Of a DNA stretch of 64,000 nt, positions 1 through 8,338 are shown in pieces. The position numbers were made by a program, and so were the translations under genes. The notes under the pieces were generated by a model that ran no database searches, had not been told where the DNA came from, and saw nothing but the letters and a program-made list of their open reading frames with translations. The DNA comes from Candidatus Woesearchaeota archaeon (GTDB taxonomy: Archaea > Nanobdellota > Nanobdellia > Woesearchaeales > GW2011-AR9). The stretch's first letter is position 1. Every line of letters begins with the position of its first letter. The stretch spans positions 320,001-384,000 of the forward strand of contig JABHQW010000008.1 in NCBI GenBank assembly GCA_018696595.1, in the 5' to 3' direction.

Positions 1-1
1 C

Positions 2-442
2 CTTAACCTTAAATATTCTTCAATAGAAAGTCGTCATTCTACTGGTCCTGAAGATTTCGCTAGAATCGATTTTTCTTTTGGTCCTTCAGAAGGAGAACCG
101 ATTATTGAAACTTCAGATTCCATTTCTTTTGAAGCAGATGTGGATAATTTAGGTAATGGAAAAATAACAAACATCAATAGTTATAATTTTATTGGTTTTA
201 ATGGGGTGACTTTTTCTGGTTCTGGTTGTAGTCTAAGTGGATCTTTAAATGTCCCTCAGAAATTTATGAAATCTTCAGGAATCCCCATACATCTCTGTTG
301 GGTTGACAATCTTCCTGAAGAAATGGCTAACCCTGCTTTGGGAGACGAAACAGTTGAATTCCGAGCAGAATTGGAGTACGATTACTTAATTGAAAGAGAA
401 GTGGGAATAACTGCGGGAGTGATTGATGATAAAAGCAAATAA
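2..442 (+). CDS. 5'-truncated hypothetical exported protein, probable distant member of the Cys-containing lipoprotein-like family (see 423-1295)
   Basis: The frame is open from base 2 (LNLKYSSIESRH...), so the gene starts before the window. The C-terminal FRAELEYDY resembles the xxxFxYxY ends of the three paralogs. Confidence 0.6.
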   Translation, partial: LNLKYSSIESRHSTGPEDFARIDFSFGPSEGEPIIETSDSISFEADVDNLGNGKITNINSYNFIGFNGVTFSGSGCSLSGSLNVPQKFMKSSGIPIHLCWVDNLPEEMANPALGDETVEFRAELEYDYLIEREVGITAGVIDDKSK

Positions 443-1295
443 AATTATTGGGATTGTACTTCTTTCCTTATTTCTATTAGGTTGTGGTTCTGGTGGTGGA
501 ACAAAACAAATAGATTATAATTTTAAGCAAGGCACTTCTGGATTACAAGTAAGTTTTATGGATAATGCTCCTCCAAAAAAGATTTACGAAAACTCTAATT
601 TTAATGTTATTCTTAAAATGGAGAATAAAGCTGCTTATGATTTGGTTAATGGCCAAATAACTTTATCTGGGATTAATCCTCAATATTTTGTTTTTGAAAA
701 AAAGACTGAAACCTTTTCTATTTTAGAAGGACGGAACTTATATCTTCCAGATGGAGGGGTCTCTTATATTGAATTTCCTGCAAAATCCGAGAAATTATTT
801 TTAAATGCAGAAAGTTATCAAGGAAAGTATTTTCTAAACATTGATTTTGATTCAACAATGGAATTTGTTGATACTATTTGCATTAATCCCAACTTATATT
901 CAGTATACGATGCAGGGTGTCAAATTGAAGATCGAAAATCTTATTCTGGTCAAGGTGCTCCTCTTGCAGTTGTTGAAGTTGAAGAAATAATTCATCCTGA
1001 AACTGTTGGTGGGCAAGTCGAGTTTAGATTTTTGTTAAGAAATAGAGGCCAAGGAGAAGTTGAATATATTGAACTAACTAAGGCTATGCTCGGTAGCAGT
1101 GAATTTGATGAATGTAAGTTTAAAGAAGGATACTTTGATAGTAAAAAAGTATTACTGACAAAACAGAACCAAGAAGCATTATTAGTTTGTAAAACACATT
1201 TAAAAGAACAGGGTTCTTATACTACAACTGTATTGCTTGATTTTAATTATCATTATGAAATGCAAGAAGTTCATAATCTAATGCTTTATGAATAA
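423..1295 (+). CDS. Putative lipoprotein, DPANN-type conserved family
   Basis: Signal peptide ending in lipobox-like LLGC; CINP and SGQGAPLAV motifs shared with 27592-28488 and 28770-29738. Confidence 0.75.
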   Translation: MMIKANKIIGIVLLSLFLLGCGSGGGTKQIDYNFKQGTSGLQVSFMDNAPPKKIYENSNFNVILKMENKAAYDLVNGQITLSGINPQYFVFEKKTETFSILEGRNLYLPDGGVSYIEFPAKSEKLFLNAESYQGKYFLNIDFDSTMEFVDTICINPNLYSVYDAGCQIEDRKSYSGQGAPLAVVEVEEIIHPETVGGQVEFRFLLRNRGQGEVEYIELTKAMLGSSEFDECKFKEGYFDSKKVLLTKQNQEALLVCKTHLKEQGSYTTTVLLDFNYHYEMQEVHNLMLYE

Positions 1296-1350
1296 TTTTT
1301 AGTTCTCTAGAATCAGAAAGAATTTAAATGATTACTTTTTCTGAGATGGG

Positions 1351-1857
1351 ATGGTGATGGGGAAAACAACATTCTTAGTAGTTTTATTGTTATCATTCAG
1401 TTTTGTGCAAGCTGGATTTTATGATGGTTTCTTTGATCGGTTTGATGATCCTACATTAAATGTTAAATTGGAACAGCAACTATTATTTTCTTCTCCATTT
1501 GATTCTCTTGATGTTCCTGTTGTTGCTGAGAAAGTCGTAGTTCCGGTTACTAAGAAAATTATTGTTCCAGTTACTAAAGTGAAAAAGGTAGAAATAACAC
1601 TTCCCCCTATCATTAAAATAACTGATTCTGGGTTTGAACCAAAAGAAGTTAAGATTCAGAAAGGTCAGACTGTTGTCTGGAAAAATGAAAGGAAGAGGGT
1701 TAATTCTTTGGTTTACGGTTTAAGAGAGATTGTTGACATGAAAAGCGAATTTATTCAACCAGGGGATGATTTCAGTTGGACTTTTGAAGAGAAAGGAGAG
1801 TTCACTTATATTGATGCAGTAGTTATCGGTAGGGTTGGCAAGGTTATTGTTGAATAG
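1351..1857 (+). CDS. Secreted cupredoxin/plastocyanin-fold protein lacking the copper ligands
   Basis: Signal peptide; ITDSGFEPKEVKIQKGQTVVWKN and FSWTFEEKGEFTY are typical of the fold; no Cys, His or Met in the ligand loop. Confidence 0.7.
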   Translation: MVMGKTTFLVVLLLSFSFVQAGFYDGFFDRFDDPTLNVKLEQQLLFSSPFDSLDVPVVAEKVVVPVTKKIIVPVTKVKKVEITLPPIIKITDSGFEPKEVKIQKGQTVVWKNERKRVNSLVYGLREIVDMKSEFIQPGDDFSWTFEEKGEFTYIDAVVIGRVGKVIVE

Positions 1858-1897
1858 AATCACAATTATTTTAAACTCTAACTAATTCTTAACAAAC

Positions 1898-2842
1898 ATG
1901 AAAATCGCAATCTTAGGTGGGGGAAGTTGGGGTACAGCTTTAGCAGTACACTTAGCTAAAAATGATAATGGTATTAAAGTCTGGGAATTCTTTGAAGAAC
2001 AGGCTAAAGAAATGCAAGAAGGAAGAGTTTGCAAATTACTCCCAGAAGCAAAGTTGCCAGAGAACATCTTTGTTTCTCATAAAATTGAAGAAGTGTTATC
2101 TGATTTTGAATTATTGTTATTAGTGGTTCCTTCAAATCATGTTGAGAAAACAATTGAACAAGCTAAAGAGTTTATTCAAGAACAAGCAGTAATTATTTGT
2201 TCAAAAGGATTTGGTTCAGATTTAAAATTCTTAAGTGATGTTGTCAAAGAAAAAATTTCTGGAGAAGTTTATTGTTTATATGGTCCAACTCATGCGGAAG
2301 AAGTTTGTAAAGACATGTATTCTGGAATTGTGTTGGCTGGTGGAAAAGGTAAAGAAGGACTTCAGAAAGTTATTGCATCTGACAGTTTGAAAGTAGATTT
2401 AACTGATGATCTAATTGGCGTGCAAGTTGCTGCTGCTTTGAAAAATATTTTAGCAGTATTTGTTGGCGTACTTGACGGCATGGGTTTAGGAGATAACGCT
2501 AAGGCTTACATCATGACTCGTGGCTTGCAAGAGATTAAGGATGTTGGTGTTGCTCTAGGAGCGAAAGAAGAAACGTTCTACGGTCTTGCAGGCATTGGTG
2601 ACATGATTGTAACATCTACAAGTCCACATTCTAGAAATAGGTCTGTGGGGGTAGAAGTTGGTAAAGGTCGTAAATTACAAGAAGTAATCGATGAAATGGC
2701 AATGGTTGCAGAAGGAGTAACAACGTTGAAAGAAGCCATTGGTCTGAAAGAGAAGACGGGATTGGAATTACCTTTGATTTCTGGTTTGTATGAAATTTTG
2801 TTTGAAGGAAAAGATCCGCAGGAAATACTGAAAGGAATTTGA
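1898..2842 (+). CDS. gpsA: NAD(P)H-dependent glycerol-3-phosphate dehydrogenase
   Basis: GGGSWGTALA Rossmann motif, GPTHAEEV, ALKNILA (catalytic Lys), GLAGIGDMIVT..SRNR, EGV.T. Confidence 0.95.
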   Translation: MKIAILGGGSWGTALAVHLAKNDNGIKVWEFFEEQAKEMQEGRVCKLLPEAKLPENIFVSHKIEEVLSDFELLLLVVPSNHVEKTIEQAKEFIQEQAVIICSKGFGSDLKFLSDVVKEKISGEVYCLYGPTHAEEVCKDMYSGIVLAGGKGKEGLQKVIASDSLKVDLTDDLIGVQVAAALKNILAVFVGVLDGMGLGDNAKAYIMTRGLQEIKDVGVALGAKEETFYGLAGIGDMIVTSTSPHSRNRSVGVEVGKGRKLQEVIDEMAMVAEGVTTLKEAIGLKEKTGLELPLISGLYEILFEGKDPQEILKGI

Positions 2843-2844
2843 GT

Positions 2845-3129
2845 TTATTCCTCTTTCAAAGCTGCTTCTAATTTCTTTTCTTCAAAGCCAACAACTACAT
2901 TTTCTTTAACCAATGTTTTTATGATTTCTCCATCTTCTTCTTTCTCTTCAAAGAATTTGACAATAGTTACAGGTGTAGCCATTTGATGAGATTTTTCAAT
3001 CATTTCATCTCTAGCAGAATCACTTTCAGTAAGATCATGTTCGATAAAAGAAATCTTTTTCTTTTTCATCCATGTTTTTAATTTTTCGCACCAAGCGCAC
3101 GTTGGTATTGAATAAACATTAACTTCCAT
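2845..3129 (-). CDS. Glutaredoxin/NrdH-YruB-like redoxin
   Basis: YSIPTCAWC CxxC motif, TPV cis-Pro and VVGF. Start moved to the ATG at 3129. Confidence 0.85.
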   Translation of the reverse strand: MEVNVYSIPTCAWCEKLKTWMKKKKISFIEHDLTESDSARDEMIEKSHQMATPVTIVKFFEEKEEDGEIIKTLVKENVVVGFEEKKLEAALKEE

Positions 3130-3204
3130 TTTTATAAACCTCAAATCGTTTTCTAACACTAAATAAAGATAACTTTTATATATAGTTTTTCTTTTATTTA
3201 GTTT

Positions 3205-3555
3205 ATGAATGATAAAATCTGGGCTACGATGAATGTTTCTCTAGTTTTGGTAGCATTGATTTTAACTTTAACTTTGTTTGAAGTAGAACTGCCTACGTTA
3301 GGGCAAGCGAAATATGCTTTAGACAAATCAGAACCTTTATGCATAGTTAATTGGCAAGATTCTTACAATGAATGGAATGATCTAGATTCTTGTTGTGTTG
3401 AAGCAAGGAAACAGTTAGATTGTTCTGAAGGAGAATGGTATTATCAAGACAAAACCGTAGAGTGGCAATGTAAAACCGGTTCTGGAAATGTATTAAAGTA
3501 CTGGTTGAATGATAAAGCTTACAATTATTGCAGACAATTGAATATTTGGAGATAA
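3205..3555 (+). CDS. Small membrane-anchored Cys-rich hypothetical protein
   Basis: One N-terminal hydrophobic segment and 6 Cys in the exported part; stop codon abuts the GH3 start. Confidence 0.65.
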   Translation: MNDKIWATMNVSLVLVALILTLTLFEVELPTLGQAKYALDKSEPLCIVNWQDSYNEWNDLDSCCVEARKQLDCSEGEWYYQDKTVEWQCKTGSGNVLKYWLNDKAYNYCRQLNIWR

Positions 3556-4656
3556 ATGGCTAAGAAAAAACAAAAAAAGAGTAGGTGGAGTTTACAGCAG
3601 AAAGTTTTCCTAGTTCTAATTATCATTGTTTTAACTTTAGGGAGTTTAAATGTTGCTAAAGCTAAAGGTTGGCTAATTCCTGAACAACCAGAAATCATAA
3701 TTGTCGATAATACTATTTTATTAGATTCATTAACTTTAGAACAAAAAATTGGTCAGATGGTTATTGTTCACGGAGGGTTATGGAATTTAAAACCATGGCA
3801 AGATATGCAACTTGGTGGCATACATCACTTCGCGATGCAAACTCCTGAATTATTTCAAGATATAACTGCAAAGTTTCAAGAAGATATGCAAATCCCATTC
3901 TTTGTTACTGCAGACTTAGAAGGTTGTTGGAGTCCTTTTTCTAATTTCAAACAGTTTGTTCCTGTTAATGAAATCAACACAACTGGTGAAGCTTTTGAGA
4001 AAGGTTCGATTGAAGGAAAATATTTGAAAGAACTTGGATTTAATTTTAATTTTGCTCCTGTTGTTGATTTAGATGACCAAATTTGGAACTGCCGTGCTTT
4101 CCTTGGCAATGAAACTCAAATAACTCAATTAGCAGAAGCTTATGCTATTGGATTACAAAACGAAGGTATTATTGCTACTGCAAAACATTATCCTGGAAAC
4201 ACTTTAGTGGCGAATGATCCACATAAAGGATTAGTTATAGCGGAGATTAGTTCAGAAGATCAATATCCTTACAATTACTTTTCGGAGAAAGGAAATATTC
4301 AAGCAGTTATGGTGACCCACATAATCGCTTTTGGTGAAGTAGATTCTAAGGGGGTCCCTTCTGTGGTTTCTGAAGAAGCTGTTGGACAACTTAAGGATGA
4401 ATATTCTGGGTTAATCGTTACTGATGATACAATGATGTTGGGGTTAAGAAATTTTTTCCCTTCCACCGAGGATATGTATGTTGCTGTGTTTAAGGCTGGG
4501 AATGATTTAATTATTAACTTTGATGAAGATCCCAATGAAATTAAACACATGATTGAAGTTGTTCAGGGGGCGGTTCTTGCTGGAGAAATTCCTCAAGAAC
4601 AAATTGATGATTCTGTAAAAAGAATTTTGGAAGCGAAAGGCTTTATTGTTGGGTAA
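3556..4656 (+). CDS. Membrane-anchored glycoside hydrolase family 3, NagZ-like beta-N-acetylhexosaminidase
   Basis: LTLEQKIGQM, ADLEG, FAPVVDL, KHYPGNTLVANDPH (same spacing as KHFPGHGx4DSH), TDD nucleophile, AGND; N-terminal TM segment. Confidence 0.85.
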   Translation: MAKKKQKKSRWSLQQKVFLVLIIIVLTLGSLNVAKAKGWLIPEQPEIIIVDNTILLDSLTLEQKIGQMVIVHGGLWNLKPWQDMQLGGIHHFAMQTPELFQDITAKFQEDMQIPFFVTADLEGCWSPFSNFKQFVPVNEINTTGEAFEKGSIEGKYLKELGFNFNFAPVVDLDDQIWNCRAFLGNETQITQLAEAYAIGLQNEGIIATAKHYPGNTLVANDPHKGLVIAEISSEDQYPYNYFSEKGNIQAVMVTHIIAFGEVDSKGVPSVVSEEAVGQLKDEYSGLIVTDDTMMLGLRNFFPSTEDMYVAVFKAGNDLIINFDEDPNEIKHMIEVVQGAVLAGEIPQEQIDDSVKRILEAKGFIVG

Positions 4657-4711
4657 AAATAGATGGTGTTTTTATATTATTTAGATTTGGTCTCTTTGGG
4701 TACCCTCATAT

Positions 4712-5434
4712 TCATTTCTTATTAGTTTTTAAGTGTAATGTTTTATTATCTATCTCTATTATTTCTTCTTGTTTTATTTTCTGCCATTCTATGTTTGGTA
4801 ATTGCGGCAATTCTTCTGAACTCACAATCAAAAAATCTTTTTTCTTTCCCATTTTCATTTGGTAATACTTTGGTTGGTTATTCTTTTTAATGAACACATA
4901 AGATTTATTTCTATTAGCTAGGATAAAATTTATTCCAGTGTAATTTTGATATTTGTTAAGATTATTTCTAATGGCTTCTATTATATTTTTTTCTTTTTTA
5001 TTCTCTGTTAGAATCGAACCAAACAAATGTTCGGAATCTGTGTCTCCTTTAACCGTAAATTTAGAATCATAATAAATTTTATCTCTAACAGTGCCATTAT
5101 GGCAGAAAATAAATTCATTAAGTTGGAATGGGTGTGTATTTTCCATCGAAATTTTCCCAATTGTCACTTTTCTAGCATGTAATATCACTAAATTTGTTTT
5201 TACGTTTCTGAATTTATTAACTTTGGGATCTTTGAAAATAGGTTTTGTTGATTTTTCTACTATCCACCTATTATTCTCTAAATAAGCAATCCCCCAACCT
5301 CCGTCATGTTTCCAGTTGCCATTCTTGTTTTGATTTCTTTCGTGTTTTTCATTTTCGTCATTGGCCATAGTGACCAAACCATCTAGAAGTAGATTAACAT
5401 TTACATTTCCAACCGCAATTAACATCCGACACAT
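4712..5434 (-). CDS. Class II glutamine amidotransferase-like Ntn hydrolase (EgtC/YafJ/Dug3 type)
   Basis: N-terminal MCRML (Cys2 nucleophile), H.DGWG, HARK, NTHPF, FCHNG, GDTDSE. Confidence 0.9.
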   Translation of the reverse strand: MCRMLIAVGNVNVNLLLDGLVTMANDENEKHERNQNKNGNWKHDGGWGIAYLENNRWIVEKSTKPIFKDPKVNKFRNVKTNLVILHARKVTIGKISMENTHPFQLNEFIFCHNGTVRDKIYYDSKFTVKGDTDSEHLFGSILTENKKEKNIIEAIRNNLNKYQNYTGINFILANRNKSYVFIKKNNQPKYYQMKMGKKKDFLIVSSEELPQLPNIEWQKIKQEEIIEIDNKTLHLKTNKK

Positions 5435-6645
5435 TGTTCAAGGTAACTTTGTTGTTTGTGGGGTTGGTAATCTAAACTTTTTAAATATTCCTGTCTCATA
5501 AACAATTGGCCCTGGGCTGCGGCTTTCTCTGGGTTGGGGTACGGTCCTTTTTCTTTTAAATGTTCCATGATTTTATTTGATGGGTTCATTCTTGTTTGGA
5601 TCATACCAAAAATTGGTGTTAAGTACGGAAGATCTTCTTCTGGCAAACCTTCGGATGAGAATTTTAATGTGTCTGATAAATATTGAGCAACATTATTTGA
5701 CATTAACCCATATTTGATAGCTTCTGTTTCAAGGGCTTTAAGCGTTGTATAATTTGGTAACACTACTTCTTTATTATCAAATGAATAAACCCCATCTGTT
5801 CCTGATATTCTAACTGGGATGTCTTCTTTTGTTATTCTGTCATTACATCCTTTATACAATGCAATCATGCCTAAAGAGATATCCAAAGGGGTTGTATCAA
5901 AACTTCTAATTTCCCACGTGCCGGTTTCTCCAATTGAATCTCTTTTTCTAATTGGGTGATATCCTGTGCTTTCTGGTTTGAAAAGTTCTTTGAATGCCTC
6001 CCTGTCTGTACCTGGTGCGTTCAACCATTGGTTGAATCTAATGTTATCTCTTATATTAATTTCTTCAATTGATTGAACATAAGGCTGAAGTTGAGCATGT
6101 AATGGATAATCCATAAACATTTGATTTCGTGTCGCATTGATCCTGTGGCAATTAACTCCTTCATTAATTCCATTTAACATTGGTGAGGTTGATGTAGTAG
6201 CATAAGATAATGGGTCTAATGCTGTGAATAACCACATTTGTTCTAAAAGATGATTTGGTGATTGTGAGAAATGGCCATGTATTCCTGATATTCTTCTTTT
6301 TAAATCGTTGGCTTCCTGGCCAATTATTGGGATATAAAGACTCCACTTTTCTTTGTCGTGTCTTTGTTGACTTTCCCCTCCTCCTAATTCACTAACTGTA
6401 CTAACAGAAATATCATGTTTATCACAAATCTCTTCTAATAAATTGAGTTTTGGAAGAATTCCCCTATGTAATTCTTTAACTGTGTTTGCTGGATCTGAGT
6501 TCACTTCTACTCTGGCATGGTTGGATTCATCTACAATTGATCCATCATTTAAAGGATCTTCAATTATTTCTTTTGCCCTATTGGCTAAATAACCTTGCTC
6601 ATCAATTAAAGCAAATTCATATTCTATCCCTGTTGTTGAACTCAT
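5419..6645 (-). CDS. Glutamate-cysteine ligase family 2 (GCS2/YbdK-like) carboxylate-amine ligase
   Basis: TGIEYEFALID, VEVNSDP, GIHGHF, WEIRSFD motifs; overlaps the GATase start. Confidence 0.75.
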   Translation of the reverse strand: MSSTTGIEYEFALIDEQGYLANRAKEIIEDPLNDGSIVDESNHARVEVNSDPANTVKELHRGILPKLNLLEEICDKHDISVSTVSELGGGESQQRHDKEKWSLYIPIIGQEANDLKRRISGIHGHFSQSPNHLLEQMWLFTALDPLSYATTSTSPMLNGINEGVNCHRINATRNQMFMDYPLHAQLQPYVQSIEEINIRDNIRFNQWLNAPGTDREAFKELFKPESTGYHPIRKRDSIGETGTWEIRSFDTTPLDISLGMIALYKGCNDRITKEDIPVRISGTDGVYSFDNKEVVLPNYTTLKALETEAIKYGLMSNNVAQYLSDTLKFSSEGLPEEDLPYLTPIFGMIQTRMNPSNKIMEHLKEKGPYPNPEKAAAQGQLFMRQEYLKSLDYQPHKQQSYLEQCVGC

Positions 6646-6867
6646 CTTATCATAATTTTTTTATTTTATACTTTTGATTTTTCTTATCTTTTAGTATAGG
6701 TAATAGTACACTAATATATAAATATTTCTGCAATGGAGTGCTTAAATGGTCTCTTAATCTATTTATTGGTTAATAAAATGGCCAATCCTTAATTCTAAAG
6801 AATAATTATTATATGGATTGGATTTAAAAGCTAAAAATTGCCTTTATTTGTATTTTGGCAGTCATAA

Positions 6868-7467
6868 TTAAGAGAATTCAATCATTCGGTGATCACGAAA
6901 TTTTTTTGTTTCCAAAGTATAAAACGCTTCTTCCATCAATTTTTCGGGTACAGATATACCACCTAAAGCAGGGTCAAAAATATGATAATAATGATTGGAA
7001 TGTCCAAAAACAACAATAAAATTGGAGGTATTTCTTTTTTCATTTCTAATTGGTTTAGTATTTACTCTAAGAAGAAGAATCTTATTTTGATTTAATTTAC
7101 TTTTAATGTTTACAAGATTGATGGTTTTCTCCTCGATTTTAACACCTTGTCTTTCTGCTTCTTTAAGGTGTTGTTTGGAAGAAAACTTTGCTTCTTCAAT
7201 CTCTTCTTTTTTATATCTATAAAAACGATAATCTGGGAAGTTATACTCTTTTTTTTCTACAATTACTTTTAGGTTTAATCCTTGTTCTTTTGCATAAGTG
7301 GCTAAAGCAAAAATAGAAGAACCTCTTGTGGGTAAATTAACTGTTTTTCTCCAAATCTCAAACTCTTTTTCTTTAGTTGCTTTTATTCTTGAATCTAAAG
7401 TGGCAAGGATAGTAAGTAATGAAGAAGCTGCTGTTGTGAAGGGTGTTGTTTGATTGTGGGTTTGCAT
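6868..7467 (-). CDS. Peptidase C39-like (DUF3335-like) protein, catalytic Cys/His apparently substituted
   Basis: QTTPFTTAASSL sits at the QTTxFTCxxAxL motif; SNFIVV...IFDP sits at the HWVVV...xDP motif. Confidence 0.6.
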   Translation of the reverse strand: MQTHNQTTPFTTAASSLLTILATLDSRIKATKEKEFEIWRKTVNLPTRGSSIFALATYAKEQGLNLKVIVEKKEYNFPDYRFYRYKKEEIEEAKFSSKQHLKEAERQGVKIEEKTINLVNIKSKLNQNKILLLRVNTKPIRNEKRNTSNFIVVFGHSNHYYHIFDPALGGISVPEKLMEEAFYTLETKKFRDHRMIEFS

Positions 7468-7505
7468 TTAATATGAGAAAACATTACTATTATAAGAATT
7501 TTTGT

Positions 7506-7521
7506 GAAAACCTTTTTAAAT
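7506..7521 (+). promoter_or_regulatory. Archaeal BRE-TATA promoter (example of a window-wide motif)
   Basis: gaaaacctttttaaat upstream of rps3ae. The same pattern (purine-rich BRE then tttataaa-like box) occurs at 11716, 19355, 45571, 47020 and on the - strand at 19297-19314. Confidence 0.6.
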
Positions 7522-7568
7522 AACTGCAATAATAGATATAAAAATAGGGTATCTAAGGAGATTTAAAC

Positions 7569-8306
7569 ATGGCACAGAAAAGTAAAAAGAAAGTAAGTAA
7601 AATCAAAGTTAAAAAGAAAGTATGGTACAAAGTTATTGCTCCTAAAATATTTGGAAACAAAGAAATCGGAGAATCTTATTTACAAGCTCCTGAGAATTCT
7701 ATTGGTAGAAAGTTAACAGCTAACCTAAAAGATTTGACTGGAAATGTTAAAGATCAAAACGTTCATATTGGATTACAAATCAACAAAGTTGATGGAAGCA
7801 CTCTAAGGACTTCAATTGTTAGTTACAAATTATCTTCTCAATATGTTAAAAGATGTGTGAGAAAGAACTGTAACAAATTAGATCATTATTTTACTTCAAA
7901 AACTAAAGGCGGTAAGAATGTGATTGTTAAATGTTTAATGGTTACTGTGGGTAAAACTCAAAGTTCTACAAGAACTTCTTTAAGACATGAATTACAGAAG
8001 AACTTAGAAGAAAGTATTACTAAATCTGACTTCGCAACATTTATTTCTGGACTAGTTAGTAGAAGAACTCAAATGGACTTGAAAAAGAAACTGAAAAAGA
8101 TTTATCCAGTAAAAGAAGTTTCTGTAAGGATGCTTAAACTTAACGAGAAAGGAATTGCGACTGAAGAAACAACAGTGGAAGATAAAACTAAAAAACCTGA
8201 AGTTAAAGAAGCTCCAAAGGAAGTTCCAAAAGAAGTTACAAAAGAAGCTAAAGAAGAAGCTAAAGAGACTCTAAAGGAAACTCCTAAAGAAACAAAAGAA
8301 GAATAA
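7569..8306 (+). CDS. rps3ae: 30S ribosomal protein S3Ae (eS1) with charged C-terminal extension
   Basis: KKKVWYKVIAPKIFG, IGRKL..NLKDLTG, KKIYPVKEVSVR. Confidence 0.92.
   Translation: MAQKSKKKVSKIKVKKKVWYKVIAPKIFGNKEIGESYLQAPENSIGRKLTANLKDLTGNVKDQNVHIGLQINKVDGSTLRTSIVSYKLSSQYVKRCVRKNCNKLDHYFTSKTKGGKNVIVKCLMVTVGKTQSSTRTSLRHELQKNLEESITKSDFATFISGLVSRRTQMDLKKKLKKIYPVKEVSVRMLKLNEKGIATEETTVEDKTKKPEVKEAPKEVPKEVTKEAKEEAKETLKETPKETKEE
8205..8303 (+). repeat. Degenerate 12-nt coding tandem repeat (KExx) in the eS1 tail
   Basis: KEAPKEVPKEVTKEAKEEAKETLKETPKETKEE. Confidence 0.7.
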
Positions 8307-8338
8307 ACTCTTCTTTCTTTTTTTAATCTATACTAAAA

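Noticed and set aside
4712-6645. Ergothioneine (egtA/egtC) operon call
   Set aside because: No EgtB sulfoxide synthase or EgtD methyltransferase is in the window; family membership alone does not fix the substrate.
6646-6867. 220-bp intergenic gap containing caatggag, which resembles the hairpin family 5' arm
   Set aside because: The rest of the core and the complementary 3' arm are absent; the gap is otherwise AT-rich promoter-like sequence.
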